Virus record (IMG/VR): IMGVR_UViG_3300034134_000009
Location: 1 to 62,664 of that record
Reading direction: 5' to 3' (one strand)
Length of the DNA: 62,664 nt
DNA from: a virus
Shown: positions 8,528-18,222 of the stretch, piece after piece
Layout of the letters: every line of letters begins with the position of its first letter
Numbering within the stretch: position 1 is the stretch's first letter
Notes under the pieces: model-generated
What the model was told of the DNA's origin: nothing
Databases searched by the model: none
The model's input: only the letters and a program-made list of their open reading frames with translations
Translations under genes and position numbers: made by a program

Positions 8528-9253
8528 CTAGTTACTTGCCGTGCGGAACACTTCGTCGACCTCGATCGTCGTCACGTCCCGATTATCCTGGCGGATCTCA
8601 CCCGTGCCGTTCGTGCGCCGCCACCGGCCGGTGATCGTGTAATCCCCGGCGGGGATCTGCCGGCGCTGCGTACCGATCAGCGTGGCCCGAATGAACGCCG
8701 AGTCCAGCTGAATGTTCGCGATCGACACCTCGAGCGGCGTGAACGTCGACGCCGTTTCGGTGCCGGCCACCCCGGCGATGCGCACACCGATCTGCGCGTC
8801 CGTGTCAGCCACCGACGCCCACAACGTCGTCGACATGTTGATCCGGGTGGACGTGCCGTCATACCGCTTGTTATAGGTCAACTGCGCCGGGCCTGGCATG
8901 TCAACGTACGTGGCCGTGGTGATCGCCGTTGCCGGGTCCGTGCCGACCACCCGGGCCGCGCCCTCCGCGAGCTGCCGCCGAGCGAACGTGCCAGTCACAC
9001 ACCACGTGGTCTCCACCAACGTCAACGCCACCCGGTCGCCTTCGAACGCGTGCACGTGACCGAAGACTTTGCACTCCACAGCCACCGTGGACCCGTCGAA
9101 CGTGACCGTCGCGCCCGGCCCGGTCGTGGCCCGCGACGTCACCGTGCCGAACGCGTCATACCGGCGCGTGGCCCGCGCAATGCGCGCATCAACCATCCGG
9201 ATCAGACCCTCGTCGTACTGGGTCACGACCTCACCCCCGACAGCGCAGTCCAC
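8528..9253 (-). CDS. minor tail protein
   Basis: 241-aa ORF in the baseplate-position block downstream of the tape measure. Confidence 0.6.
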   Translation of the reverse strand: MDCAVGGEVVTQYDEGLIRMVDARIARATRRYDAFGTVTSRATTGPGATVTFDGSTVAVECKVFGHVHAFEGDRVALTLVETTWCVTGTFARRQLAEGAARVVGTDPATAITTATYVDMPGPAQLTYNKRYDGTSTRINMSTTLWASVADTDAQIGVRIAGVAGTETASTFTPLEVSIANIQLDSAFIRATLIGTQRRQIPAGDYTITGRWRRTNGTGEIRQDNRDVTTIEVDEVFRTASN

Positions 9254-10365
9254 TGGTGGGTCATCTCATCACCGTTCAACGGCAACGACCACGCCGTGCC
9301 CAGCACATCCGTCACCGGCCCGATATCCGGATCGTCGATCAGATAGCGGTCCATGTGCCACGCCAACGGCAACGGCCCCGTCGTCGTCGTGATCGTCGTG
9401 GGGACACTCATGTCAGCGTCAGCCATCGACTGGACCCGGGTCACCAAATCAGCCTGAGACACCACATCCAACGACTCCTGCCGGGTGATGACCAAATTGC
9501 GGCGCGCGGACACCGACGTCGGCCCCACATCGTCGTTGACGTACGTGTACACCCCGTCGCCCTCCACCGGTGTCGCGTCCTCAGGGTTGTTCGACCGGAT
9601 CCCCACCCACCTGTTCGGAGACTCGTGGAAATCGAACTCGATCTCAGCGTCATCGCCCAGGATCGAATCGAACGTCCCCGACGGCAGATACCACTCGTGG
9701 GCCCGGTCGTCGGGCCGCTGATACTTTTCGCAGCGCAGGAACCCGTCCCAGTCCGACCACGCACCCTGATAGCCGATCATGGCGAGTAGGTCGTTGACGA
9801 CGGTCAGCCACGTCACCGCCGGGTCCAGCGCCCACGTCCGGTTGTCGGGCACCAGGGCGTCGTAGCGGGCCCGGTCGATGATGTATTTCGTGTAGCCGCG
9901 CGACACGAGAATGTTCTCAACCTCTTCGAGGACCGTGGCACCCTTCGCGACACCGAACGAATCACCGACGGTCTGGTTGAGCCGGTACAGCAGGTCGTAC
10001 CCGGTCACCGCGTACGTCGGCGGGTGCTCTTTCGTGGGCCGCTTCGGCGTGTTCGTGAAGTAGGCGCCCAGGTTGAACCGGGCCACCAGCAGCCCATCAG
10101 TGATGGTCATGTAGGGCCGCACTACCGCCCACCCCCATTCCAGCGGGGTTGCGATGTCGAAATTCGCGGTGCCGTGCAGTGTCGCGTACCCGGACCGTTC
10201 GACGGTGCCGCCGGCAAAATCGCCGCCCAGGTCGGTGACGTCGTCCTGGGCTAGGTCGGTGATTTCGGCGCCGTGGCCGACGGTGATACCAGGCGCGCCT
10301 TGAATCAGCCACGCAACCTGCTCGGCGGTCAGATGGTCACGGACCGGTTCCACTGGTGGCTGCAC
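9223..10365 (-). CDS. minor tail protein
   Basis: 380-aa ORF. Its position, two genes after the tape measure, is typical of Tal/Dit-type proteins. Confidence 0.6.
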   Translation of the reverse strand: MQPPVEPVRDHLTAEQVAWLIQGAPGITVGHGAEITDLAQDDVTDLGGDFAGGTVERSGYATLHGTANFDIATPLEWGWAVVRPYMTITDGLLVARFNLGAYFTNTPKRPTKEHPPTYAVTGYDLLYRLNQTVGDSFGVAKGATVLEEVENILVSRGYTKYIIDRARYDALVPDNRTWALDPAVTWLTVVNDLLAMIGYQGAWSDWDGFLRCEKYQRPDDRAHEWYLPSGTFDSILGDDAEIEFDFHESPNRWVGIRSNNPEDATPVEGDGVYTYVNDDVGPTSVSARRNLVITRQESLDVVSQADLVTRVQSMADADMSVPTTITTTTGPLPLAWHMDRYLIDDPDIGPVTDVLGTAWSLPLNGDEMTHQWTALSGVRS

Positions 10366-10366
10366 G

Positions 10367-10750
10367 TCACACGCTCTCGTCGTAACTGACCAGCTGCAAC
10401 GTCAACGCCACGTCATACGTGTCGAGTTGGTCTTTCCACGCCGACCTGGGAACCTCGAGAACCACGCCGTACTCTTTGCGGCCCCGACTGTCGCGCACCA
10501 GGATCGTCTGACCCATCCACGACCGCAGCGTTGCCGTGTCCGCCGCCGACACCTGCGTCAGGGTGACCGGCCACGTACCCATCACCCCTTCCTGGGTGAC
10601 GGCGCGTTGCCGGCCACCGGAGTACGTGGCGACACGGCCCGCGACGGCCCGGGTATCTTCTCCGTTGTCGATGCGCTGCGCAGTGACGGACTCACCGGTC
10701 GTCGCCAGGTTGATCCAGCATTTGGTCAGGTTCAGTGTTGCCATCACCAC
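10367..10750 (-). CDS. minor tail protein (small, distal-tail position)
   Basis: 127-aa ORF overlapping the tape-measure stop. Confidence 0.5.
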   Translation of the reverse strand: MVMATLNLTKCWINLATTGESVTAQRIDNGEDTRAVAGRVATYSGGRQRAVTQEGVMGTWPVTLTQVSAADTATLRSWMGQTILVRDSRGRKEYGVVLEVPRSAWKDQLDTYDVALTLQLVSYDESV

Positions 10751-13700
10751 CGCCTCGCTTGTCGCATCAGACCGGCCGACGTGCCACCCATCGCCTTCGC
10801 GAACCCGGCCGGGTTGTCCTGCGTGGCCTGCAGGATTTGACGGAGCACGTCGAGCATTTCCCCGTTCGCCGTGTTCGGGTCGACGAGAGGTTCGGTCCGG
10901 CCCAGCCCGTTGTGAACCATGTTCCAGCCGCGCTGCAGGGTCACCGACCCGAAGTCTGCGGCGGTCACCTGGGAGATGCCGGAGTACGGGCCGACAAGCC
11001 CACCGTTCTGCGCCCCCCAGTGGACGTGAGCGTTCCCGCCCGCGAAATTGTGCTGGTTCCAGACGGGCCCGGTAAACCTGTGCGGCCGTCCGCGGAGCAG
11101 GTTCAGGTCATTCCACGGGGTGATCAGTTCCTGGGTTTGTTTGCCGTACACCGCCCGGATCCGCGCCGCCAACGCCCGCACCGGTGGGTAGTCCACGGCT
11201 AGGCCGTCGGCGTGCAACGACCGGTTACCGGACAACGTCACCGACCCGGGTCGCGGCCCGGAAATCATCTGCAAGCCGGGGAACCAGCGGGCAATGATGG
11301 CCCGTTTCGACTGCCACGACTCTGCGCCGCCGCCGGCCCCCAGCGCGGCGCCGCCCTCACCGGACAGCCAGTCACCGATCTTCCGGATCGCGGTGCGGCC
11401 CATGTTGACGAGCATGTCCCGGAAACCGCCCGCCCCGGGGATCCGCTCGAGCAACGCCGTCGCGGCCTTCGTCAGGGCAGCCTTGGGGTCGGCGATGAAC
11501 GAGCCGATACCCGACAGGCCACTCTTCAGCTTCCCGAAGAAATCCCCGATGCCGTCACCGATCGGCCCGCCGCCACGCTCGTACCCGTCCAAGTACGGGT
11601 CAATGTCACCGCGCCCGACCCGGCCTCGTTTCTCGTTGATGGCCTTCAGCAGCGGCAGGTTCGCCAGGGTGGACCGGGTGTTCGTGACGAACTCGCCGGC
11701 GGCGACCTTCAGCAGTCCTCCGGGGCCCTGGGCCAGCATGTTGTCCCGCAGCGACGGGACGCCAGGGATCTGGCCGCCCCGCTCAAACCCGGAGATCTTG
11801 TCGATTTTCGGGGTGCCGAACGTGCCCGCCAGTTTGTTGAACCCGCCGATCAGCGGGTTGATCACCGAGTTGACGACGAACGCCACCGGCTTGCGGGCCA
11901 GCTCCCGCAAACCCTCCCATGCTTTGCCGATCGCCCCAACCGCCGACTTGAACCCCGGTGCCAGGGTGTTTTTCATGAAGTCGCCGAACGAGCGGAGCAC
12001 CGGCCGGATACCGTTCTCCCACACGCCCCGGATGGTGTCACGGACCCCATTGAACACCGGCTTGACGACGTCGTTCCACAACGCCCGGATCACCGGGAAC
12101 AAGGTGAGCTTCAGCAACGTCACCCACGCCGCCAACGCCAGACGGATCACCGCCCATGCCGCTTTGACGATGAAACCGATCGTGGTGAACGCGGGCTGCA
12201 CCACGTTCTTCCACAAGAAGTTGACCGTCGGCACGAGCACGTTCCGAACGAACTGGTTGAGCCTCGTCAAGGCAGGCGATATGACGGTCAGCCACGTCGT
12301 TCTGATGATGTTCCCGACCGTGGTGATCGCCGACTTGATGTAGTCGCGGACCTGCGCCCACACCTTGTTCACGAGGTTCCGGAACGACTCGTTGTTCTTA
12401 TACGCCCACACCACCGCGGCGACGAGCGCACCGATCGCGGCGATGACCAAGCCGATGGGTCCGAGCGCGAACCGCATCGCCGCACCCAGCCCGTACTGCA
12501 CGGCGGTGAACGCCTTCCCAACACTCGACCCGGTGATCGTCGCCCGGGTCCACGCGGCGATCCCCCCGGCTGCCTGCACACCGGCGGCGGCGGCGGACAG
12601 TTTCGCGGCGACGATGAACGCGCCGATCGTGACCACAGCGACTTTCATGACGGTTTCGTTCTTCGCCAGCCACCCGGCGAGGACCGCCAGCGCGGGGGTG
12701 AGGGCGCTGACCACCGTCGCGGCGAGGCCGGCGACGAACGGCAGCAGCGGTGCGAGGGCGACGACGAGCTGCGCGGCCGGGCCGGCTAGTCCGGCGACGG
12801 CGGGGGCGAGGGCGGTGATGGACTGGGCGATGGCGGGCATGACTGCGGCGAGGCCGGTGCGCATGGCCGCACCGAGCTGGGCGAGGGTCGCGAACACGCC
12901 TTTCAGGGCGTCGCCGGCCTGCGCCGTTTGGAAGAACGCGGCGGCCTGCCCGGTCAGGTCGAGCAGGTTGGACAGCAGGTCGGATGATCCGGCGGTTGCG
13001 GCGCTGAACACGGTGCCGAGGATTGAGCCGACGTTGCGGAGGATCCCGCCGAGGTTCGACAGGGTGTCCTTCGCGTTCTGGAACACCTCATAGACCCGGC
13101 CGCTGTCCACGGCGTTCTGCACGAACGTGGCGAGGTTCGTGGCCATCCTCGCGAGCCCGTCAGCGATCCCGGGGAGTTCCGGGGCCGTGGCCGAGATGAG
13201 CGACGCGAACGTTGTCACCAGCGGGTCCACGGCACCGCGGAGCCGCACCACGGAAATCGATGACGCGTCGAACAGGTCGGACACGGCGCTCATCACGCTT
13301 GCGTCCCGCGCCGACCGCAGGAACTGTTCACCCAGCCCGCCCAGGGTGCCCGCCAGGTCACCCATCTGCGCCTTCAGCATGGGCAGGTACTGGTCCGCCA
13401 ACGGCCGCAGCTCCCCCACCAGGGGGGTGAAGAACCGCGACGACACCGACTTCTGCAACGCCACGACCTGAGGGCGCAGACCGATGACTTCCTTCGCGAA
13501 CGTCCGCGCCGACCCGGACAGCTTGTTCAGTTCCTCCGCAGCGGCCTTCGCATCCGAACCAAACCCAGCTTTGACGGCGTCACCGAACCCCATCACCGCA
13601 ACCCGGGCCGTGAGCGTCGCCGCCCGGATCGACAGCAGCGCCGCCGGCAACACCACCGCCGCACCGGCCGCAGGGGCGAGCGCCGCCGCCAGGTTCGCCA

Positions 13701-14022
13701 CCCCGGGCGCAGCTGCCCCGGCAGCCGCACCCATGATCGCCATGCGGGACGCCATCGTGGCGAGGGTTTTCGCGAACGTTGACGCCCCGGAAAACTCCGC
13801 CGAGAAACCCTTCCCCAGGTCCGCACCCAGTGACCGGCCCGCAGCAAGGAAACGGCCGCGGCTCCCACCGATCTCCTTGTCGACACCCGCAGTCAGCCCG
13901 GCGCCGAGTTTCTCGCCACCGGACCGGCCCGCGTCCACCGACGCTTTCTCGACGTCCGGGCGGAGCCTGTTCGTGTCCGCCCGGACCTGCAACGCAACTT
14001 CGGCCAGGGTCATGTCAGCCAT
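10744..14022 (-). CDS. tape measure protein with C-terminal LAS/M15-like peptidase motif
   Basis: 1092 aa, Ala/Gly-rich with long hydrophobic helices, downstream of the chaperone pair. 'SLHADGLAVD' and 'AHVHWG' near the C-terminus. Confidence 0.9.
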   Translation of the reverse strand: MADMTLAEVALQVRADTNRLRPDVEKASVDAGRSGGEKLGAGLTAGVDKEIGGSRGRFLAAGRSLGADLGKGFSAEFSGASTFAKTLATMASRMAIMGAAAGAAAPGVANLAAALAPAAGAAVVLPAALLSIRAATLTARVAVMGFGDAVKAGFGSDAKAAAEELNKLSGSARTFAKEVIGLRPQVVALQKSVSSRFFTPLVGELRPLADQYLPMLKAQMGDLAGTLGGLGEQFLRSARDASVMSAVSDLFDASSISVVRLRGAVDPLVTTFASLISATAPELPGIADGLARMATNLATFVQNAVDSGRVYEVFQNAKDTLSNLGGILRNVGSILGTVFSAATAGSSDLLSNLLDLTGQAAAFFQTAQAGDALKGVFATLAQLGAAMRTGLAAVMPAIAQSITALAPAVAGLAGPAAQLVVALAPLLPFVAGLAATVVSALTPALAVLAGWLAKNETVMKVAVVTIGAFIVAAKLSAAAAGVQAAGGIAAWTRATITGSSVGKAFTAVQYGLGAAMRFALGPIGLVIAAIGALVAAVVWAYKNNESFRNLVNKVWAQVRDYIKSAITTVGNIIRTTWLTVISPALTRLNQFVRNVLVPTVNFLWKNVVQPAFTTIGFIVKAAWAVIRLALAAWVTLLKLTLFPVIRALWNDVVKPVFNGVRDTIRGVWENGIRPVLRSFGDFMKNTLAPGFKSAVGAIGKAWEGLRELARKPVAFVVNSVINPLIGGFNKLAGTFGTPKIDKISGFERGGQIPGVPSLRDNMLAQGPGGLLKVAAGEFVTNTRSTLANLPLLKAINEKRGRVGRGDIDPYLDGYERGGGPIGDGIGDFFGKLKSGLSGIGSFIADPKAALTKAATALLERIPGAGGFRDMLVNMGRTAIRKIGDWLSGEGGAALGAGGGAESWQSKRAIIARWFPGLQMISGPRPGSVTLSGNRSLHADGLAVDYPPVRALAARIRAVYGKQTQELITPWNDLNLLRGRPHRFTGPVWNQHNFAGGNAHVHWGAQNGGLVGPYSGISQVTAADFGSVTLQRGWNMVHNGLGRTEPLVDPNTANGEMLDVLRQILQATQDNPAGFAKAMGGTSAGLMRQARRW

Positions 14023-14026
14023 GCAC

Positions 14027-14593
14027 TCACCGCCCCAACGTCAGCTGCCGCAATTCGGCACGTTCCATGTCTTCCGGGGTCAACGCCCGCTGTTCCGGCA
14101 TCTCCACCAGCCACCGATCAAACTCGGACTGCACCGTGTCGGCGTCCGGTAGTTTCTGCCGTTCCTTCGGGTCGAGCGTCAACGACTGGCCACGCAACGC
14201 ATCCACCTCACGCAGCAGCTGCTCAACCTGCACGACGTACGCGATGTCGCAGACCTCCGCCAACGACAGCCCGTACGCCGCACCTACAGACCCGCCCGCG
14301 CTTCCTGCGCGAGCATCAACTGATTGGCCCGGTCCGGCCGGCCCTCCGCCTCGAACCGGTCCACCCATTTCGCCGCGACCGGGTTGAACGGCACCGTTTC
14401 CGGCCACCAGTCCGCCCGCTCGGGGTCCGGCTGACGGGCCTGGACGGCGAGGTGTTCGGCGATGGTTGGTGCGTCGCCGCCCGGCGCGGATGCACCACGC
14501 GGCGAGTTCCGATTGGTGTCGGGCCGCCCAGCCGAGGAGTCGGAGGGCGGCGGGGTAGGGCGTTCCGCGATGCCCTCGAGGATCCCCCAGCAC
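14027..14593 (-). CDS. tail assembly chaperone, -1 frame extension (T part)
   Basis: ORF in the -1 frame relative to 14284..15006 and overlapping it. Only the part downstream of 14284 looks protein-like ('LSLAEVCDIAYVVQVEQLLREVDAL...'). Confidence 0.45.
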   Translation of the reverse strand: MLGDPRGHRGTPYPAALRLLGWAARHQSELAAWCIRAGRRRTNHRRTPRRPGPSAGPRAGGLVAGNGAVQPGRGEMGGPVRGGGPAGPGQSVDARAGSAGGSVGAAYGLSLAEVCDIAYVVQVEQLLREVDALRGQSLTLDPKERQKLPDADTVQSEFDRWLVEMPEQRALTPEDMERAELRQLTLGR

Positions 14594-15006
14594 AGCCGCA
14601 TGAGCGCGGTGACGTTCTGCCGTTTCTGTTTGGTGACCTGCCAGAACCGGTCGAAGTCGTCGGGGTGGATGTGCTCCCGCACGTAGTCCTTCGCCGCCGA
14701 GAACTGTTCCGGGTCGTCGACCTTGACGCGTTGCGCCTTCTCGAACAGGTCCACGACCACCGTTTCGGTGAGGTCCGGGTTGACGCGGAACCGTTCACCG
14801 AACCACACGAATGTCGCCTCGACGGGGTCGGCGACCTCACCGGACATGTCTCCGAGGTCCACGGCGTGGCCGCGGATGAACCCGCCGGCGGTCGTCTGCT
14901 TGACCTGTTCGCTCTGCGCGCGGCGCGTGAACTCGTCACGCAGCGCACCCCGGTCATCGGACTGCCGGTAGTACTGCACGCGGCGGGTGCCGCGACGGCC
15001 CGTCAT
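14284..15006 (-). CDS. tail assembly chaperone (G part)
   Basis: 240-aa ORF between the major tail and tape measure genes. Start overlaps the major tail stop. Confidence 0.6.
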   Translation of the reverse strand: MTGRRGTRRVQYYRQSDDRGALRDEFTRRAQSEQVKQTTAGGFIRGHAVDLGDMSGEVADPVEATFVWFGERFRVNPDLTETVVVDLFEKAQRVKVDDPEQFSAAKDYVREHIHPDDFDRFWQVTKQKRQNVTALMRLCWGILEGIAERPTPPPSDSSAGRPDTNRNSPRGASAPGGDAPTIAEHLAVQARQPDPERADWWPETVPFNPVAAKWVDRFEAEGRPDRANQLMLAQEARAGL

Positions 15007-15590
15007 CAGACGCCCACCCGGCCCGTGCCGGCGGTGTACACCTCGAACGTGTTACCGGCCGAGTCGACCTCGAAGCGGAACTCGCACGGCAGGACCGCGT
15101 ACGACGGGGCTTTCGCGAACGCCGATTCGACGTCGGCGATGTTCACCGTCTGGTACATGAAGATCCGCATGGTGGCGTCTTGGGACTCCCACATGATCGC
15201 CGCGCGGGTTTCCTGGCCCAGGCCGGGCGGCACGTACTTCGTGAGGGTCGTCGCGCCCGTGCCCGACACCGTGGACAGGGTGCCGCCGTTCAGGGCCCGC
15301 TGCAGGTTCTTCATGGTGTAGTCGGCCAAATTGAATGCGAAACTGCCCTCACGGGACACGGTCCGCCACTTCACCGGGTCAAGGAACTCGGCCACCGTGA
15401 CCGGCTCGATCGACGGCGAATACGAGAACGTCGACCCGTCCTCCGTCGCCCCGATCTCAACCCACGTCACGGACGGCGCGTCGGTGAACTTCGACCCGGC
15501 GACCGTGTTCACGGGGAACGTGGTCAGGGCCGGGGCCAGGTAGATGAACCCCGGGTCTTGCATGATGTTCGGCTGCGCAACGGTCGGCAT
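15006..15590 (-). CDS. major tail protein
   Basis: 194-aa beta-rich ORF immediately upstream of the chaperones and tape measure. Confidence 0.7.
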   Translation of the reverse strand: MPTVAQPNIMQDPGFIYLAPALTTFPVNTVAGSKFTDAPSVTWVEIGATEDGSTFSYSPSIEPVTVAEFLDPVKWRTVSREGSFAFNLADYTMKNLQRALNGGTLSTVSGTGATTLTKYVPPGLGQETRAAIMWESQDATMRIFMYQTVNIADVESAFAKAPSYAVLPCEFRFEVDSAGNTFEVYTAGTGRVGV

Positions 15591-15599
15591 GACGCCCCC

Positions 15600-16028
15600 T
15601 TACTTCTTTGCCCGGCGGGCGCTGGTGTCGACTGCCGTGCCGGACTCGTCGACGGAATCGGTGATGGTGCGCGGCTCACCCTCGGCCGGCGCGTCGCCCC
15701 GGTCGGACCGCATGCCACGCCGGGCGAGGTCCGGTGTCGCGACCCGCTTGACGTGGCCGGTGGCCTCAAGCTCGAACCGTTCGACGTGCTCGACCGGCAC
15801 CGGCGAACCCGCCGTGAAGATCAGCGCCGAGCCGTCCGGGTCGTAGATGTCGCCGATGGCCTCGAACTGGCCGTACGCCTCCCGCTGCGCCGCCCGGCGA
15901 CTCTGGTACGCCTTCCGGGCTTCCGGGTCACCGGTCGCTGCCACGCCCGTCGTCGGGCCGGAAAGCAGCGCCCGCTGCAGCTCGATCATTTCCTGATCGG
16001 CTGCCTTCCCTCCTGTGTTGCCGGCCAC
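15600..16028 (-). CDS. hypothetical head-tail/tail-terminator-position protein
   Basis: GTG at residue 43 of track ORF 15600..16154, 18 nt after the upstream stop, with gagagggg upstream. Confidence 0.45.
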   Translation of the reverse strand: MAGNTGGKAADQEMIELQRALLSGPTTGVAATGDPEARKAYQSRRAAQREAYGQFEAIGDIYDPDGSALIFTAGSPVPVEHVERFELEATGHVKRVATPDLARRGMRSDRGDAPAEGEPRTITDSVDESGTAVDTSARRAKK

Positions 16029-16045
16029 GATCGGGCCCCTCTCGC

Positions 16046-16375
16046 CTAGATCAAACCCCGCGCGGCTTCCCGCGCAGGCCGAAGGAACGGGCGGGCCGGC
16101 AGGTGCACCGTGCCGCGCTCGTGGAAATACATGTAGTAACGGGCCTTGGTCCACGACACCCGGGCTTCCCAGCCGTTCGGCCCGAGCCTGGTCACGGCCT
16201 GAATGGACCCGGCACCCGCGCCGGTGTCCTTCGGCGCATCCCCCGCGGCCTGTTCGGCGATCAGATCGCCGACCATCTCGACCAGGTCCCGGGCCTCCGG
16301 CGTGAACAACAGTTCACGCTCGATCTCAGGGTGATACGTGAAGATCGGGTTACCTGCGCGTTGGCGGGCCATCAC
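16046..16375 (-). CDS. HK97 gp10-family head-tail protein
   Basis: 109 aa. 'APKDTGAGAGSIQ' and 'YYMYFHERGT' resemble the gp10-family pattern as I remember it. Confidence 0.6.
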   Translation of the reverse strand: MMARQRAGNPIFTYHPEIERELLFTPEARDLVEMVGDLIAEQAAGDAPKDTGAGAGSIQAVTRLGPNGWEARVSWTKARYYMYFHERGTVHLPARPFLRPAREAARGLI

Positions 16376-16827
16376 GCACCCACATTCATCGACAACGCCA
16401 CCGTCAGACCGACGTTCACCGTCACCGACGGCTCCGGGCCCGGCATCAGCATCGTCGGATCCGAATCGACGGCGGCGACCAGGATCGACCCCATCGTCAG
16501 GCTCGGTTCGGCGGACACGGCGGACGCCACCACACTGGCGATGCCCTCCGCGATGCTCTCCGCAGCTGCGACGTCGTCGCCGAGTTCCACGACCCGGACC
16601 CGCACCTCAACGGTGATGTCTTCCCGGTACAGCACGTTGCGTTCTGCGGTCCGCGCGGTCCGGGACGTGCGGACCCGGCCGCCGTACACGCACACCCTGT
16701 CCGGTTCCGGCGGCAGGCTGTACGCCACCTCCACCCCGTCGAGAGGCTGGCCGGTGCCGGCCTGCGCGTCGGCCCACGCCTGAATCCGGGCGATCACCGA
16801 CCGTTTCGCTGCCCACGCCATCAACAC
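16372..16827 (-). CDS. head-tail connector-region protein
   Basis: 151-aa ORF. ATGA-type overlap with the downstream gene. Position only. Confidence 0.5.
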   Translation of the reverse strand: MLMAWAAKRSVIARIQAWADAQAGTGQPLDGVEVAYSLPPEPDRVCVYGGRVRTSRTARTAERNVLYREDITVEVRVRVVELGDDVAAAESIAEGIASVVASAVSAEPSLTMGSILVAAVDSDPTMLMPGPEPSVTVNVGLTVALSMNVGA

Positions 16828-16831
16828 GCGA

Positions 16832-17689
16832 TCACCCGAACCCTGGACGCGGCGCCGGGAACCGGCCGTAGATCGCGTCCACTGCCGGGATGCCCGTCCG
16901 GTCCGCTGACGGCGTCGCGAACTGAATCGTGCCGCCGTCCGTCTGCGTCACCACCCGCTCAGCCCGGTCCGGCAACGCCGACCGGCCCTCCAACAGCAGC
17001 GACTTGAAACGCAGCTTCGCGCCGCGCACCACATCCGGCGGCGGCCGATCCCAGCCATGCTCATACTCGACGACGATCCGCCGGCCACGAACCCACTCCC
17101 GCCCCCCGGTCACCACACCCGTGTCGGTGAACCCCAAACCGAGAACCTCCGCACCCGACAGCGCCGTCCCGGCAACCGTGACGGACCGGATGGCCCGGAC
17201 CAGCGGCCACCGCAACGTGAACGCCGTGCGGCCCGTCCCGGACAGTTCCTCCCGCGCAAACCGCGGCACGAACGCCTGACCGCAAATCCGTTCGCATTCG
17301 TCTTCGGTTTCGATGCGCCGCTCGATCAGCGCCGACGTCGGGAACTTCTCCGTCGACGACAAAGCAGGATCCACGGCCCGGCCCTCGGCCAGGCCGAACA
17401 GGAACCCGCCGACCACCTCGATACGGTCCTGGTCCAGAACGAACGCGTCACCACCAACCGACGCCGCCCACGACACCACCAGCTCATCAACAACGTCGAG
17501 GCCGGTGAACGTGTACGTGTACGCGTTGGCGCTGTCCGGGCCGGCGGCCTGCCCCGACTCGACCAGGGTGCCGTCAAGCCGGGACACGGCCACGGTGACA
17601 GACCCCGTCGCGCCTTCCGCTACCTCGTCGAGGTAGAAGGTGCGCGACAGGGTTGCCTTCGCGGTGCGGAGCACCCGGACAACAGCCAC
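16832..17689 (-). CDS. head-tail connector-region protein (putative adaptor)
   Basis: 285-aa ORF downstream of the capsid block. Position only. Confidence 0.5.
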   Translation of the reverse strand: MAVVRVLRTAKATLSRTFYLDEVAEGATGSVTVAVSRLDGTLVESGQAAGPDSANAYTYTFTGLDVVDELVVSWAASVGGDAFVLDQDRIEVVGGFLFGLAEGRAVDPALSSTEKFPTSALIERRIETEDECERICGQAFVPRFAREELSGTGRTAFTLRWPLVRAIRSVTVAGTALSGAEVLGLGFTDTGVVTGGREWVRGRRIVVEYEHGWDRPPPDVVRGAKLRFKSLLLEGRSALPDRAERVVTQTDGGTIQFATPSADRTGIPAVDAIYGRFPAPRPGFG

Positions 17690-17691
17690 GG

Positions 17692-18222
17692 TCAGCTCTT
17701 GGCGGTTCCGCCGGTACGGGAGCGGCCCTGCGGCGGCTGCCGCCTGGCCTCCTGTTCGCCCTGCTCGTCGGACTTCGCGGCGGACTTCTGCCGGGCCTGC
17801 GCCGCGACCTTGCGGGCCTGCTGACGGGCCTGCCGGCCGATCTCCGGATCCACACCGACTGCCTCATCGGCGGCCACGGACCGCTTCTCGTACGCCTTGT
17901 CCAGTTCGAGGTTCGCGTGAGCCGGCGGCGGGATCTCCACCCCGGTCGGGTCACCGATCGCGACGAGGGCCCGGCCGGACGCCGACACCTCCACACCACG
18001 GGCGGCCAGCTCGCCCATGTACGGCGAGTCGTCACCGTCGAGAAGCTCGTTCGTCGGATCGACCGGGTACGGGTCCTGGGTGCCCTTGCCCCTCTCGCCC
18101 TGCGACGCGTATGTCACCGCCGCGTCGTGAATGTCACCCTCGGGGGTGCGGGCCTCGGCCGGGTTCGGGCCCCCGGCAACGGTCTCGTTCATCGGGGACT
18201 TGTTCTGGTCGTTGTCAGCCAT
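17692..18222 (-). CDS. hypothetical acidic/basic-tailed protein
   Basis: ATG 'MADNDQNK' overlaps the methyltransferase stop (ATGGCTGA). The track ORF extends to 18246. Confidence 0.5.
   Translation of the reverse strand: MADNDQNKSPMNETVAGGPNPAEARTPEGDIHDAAVTYASQGERGKGTQDPYPVDPTNELLDGDDSPYMGELAARGVEVSASGRALVAIGDPTGVEIPPPAHANLELDKAYEKRSVAADEAVGVDPEIGRQARQQARKVAAQARQKSAAKSDEQGEQEARRQPPQGRSRTGGTAKS

Noticed and set aside
14284-14300. An independent GTG start for the downstream chaperone ORF right after the upstream stop.
   Set aside because: That GTG is in the wrong frame and gives a Cys/Arg-rich nonsense peptide ending after about 45 codons. The protein-like frame has no convincing start or RBS, which favours a -1 frameshift.
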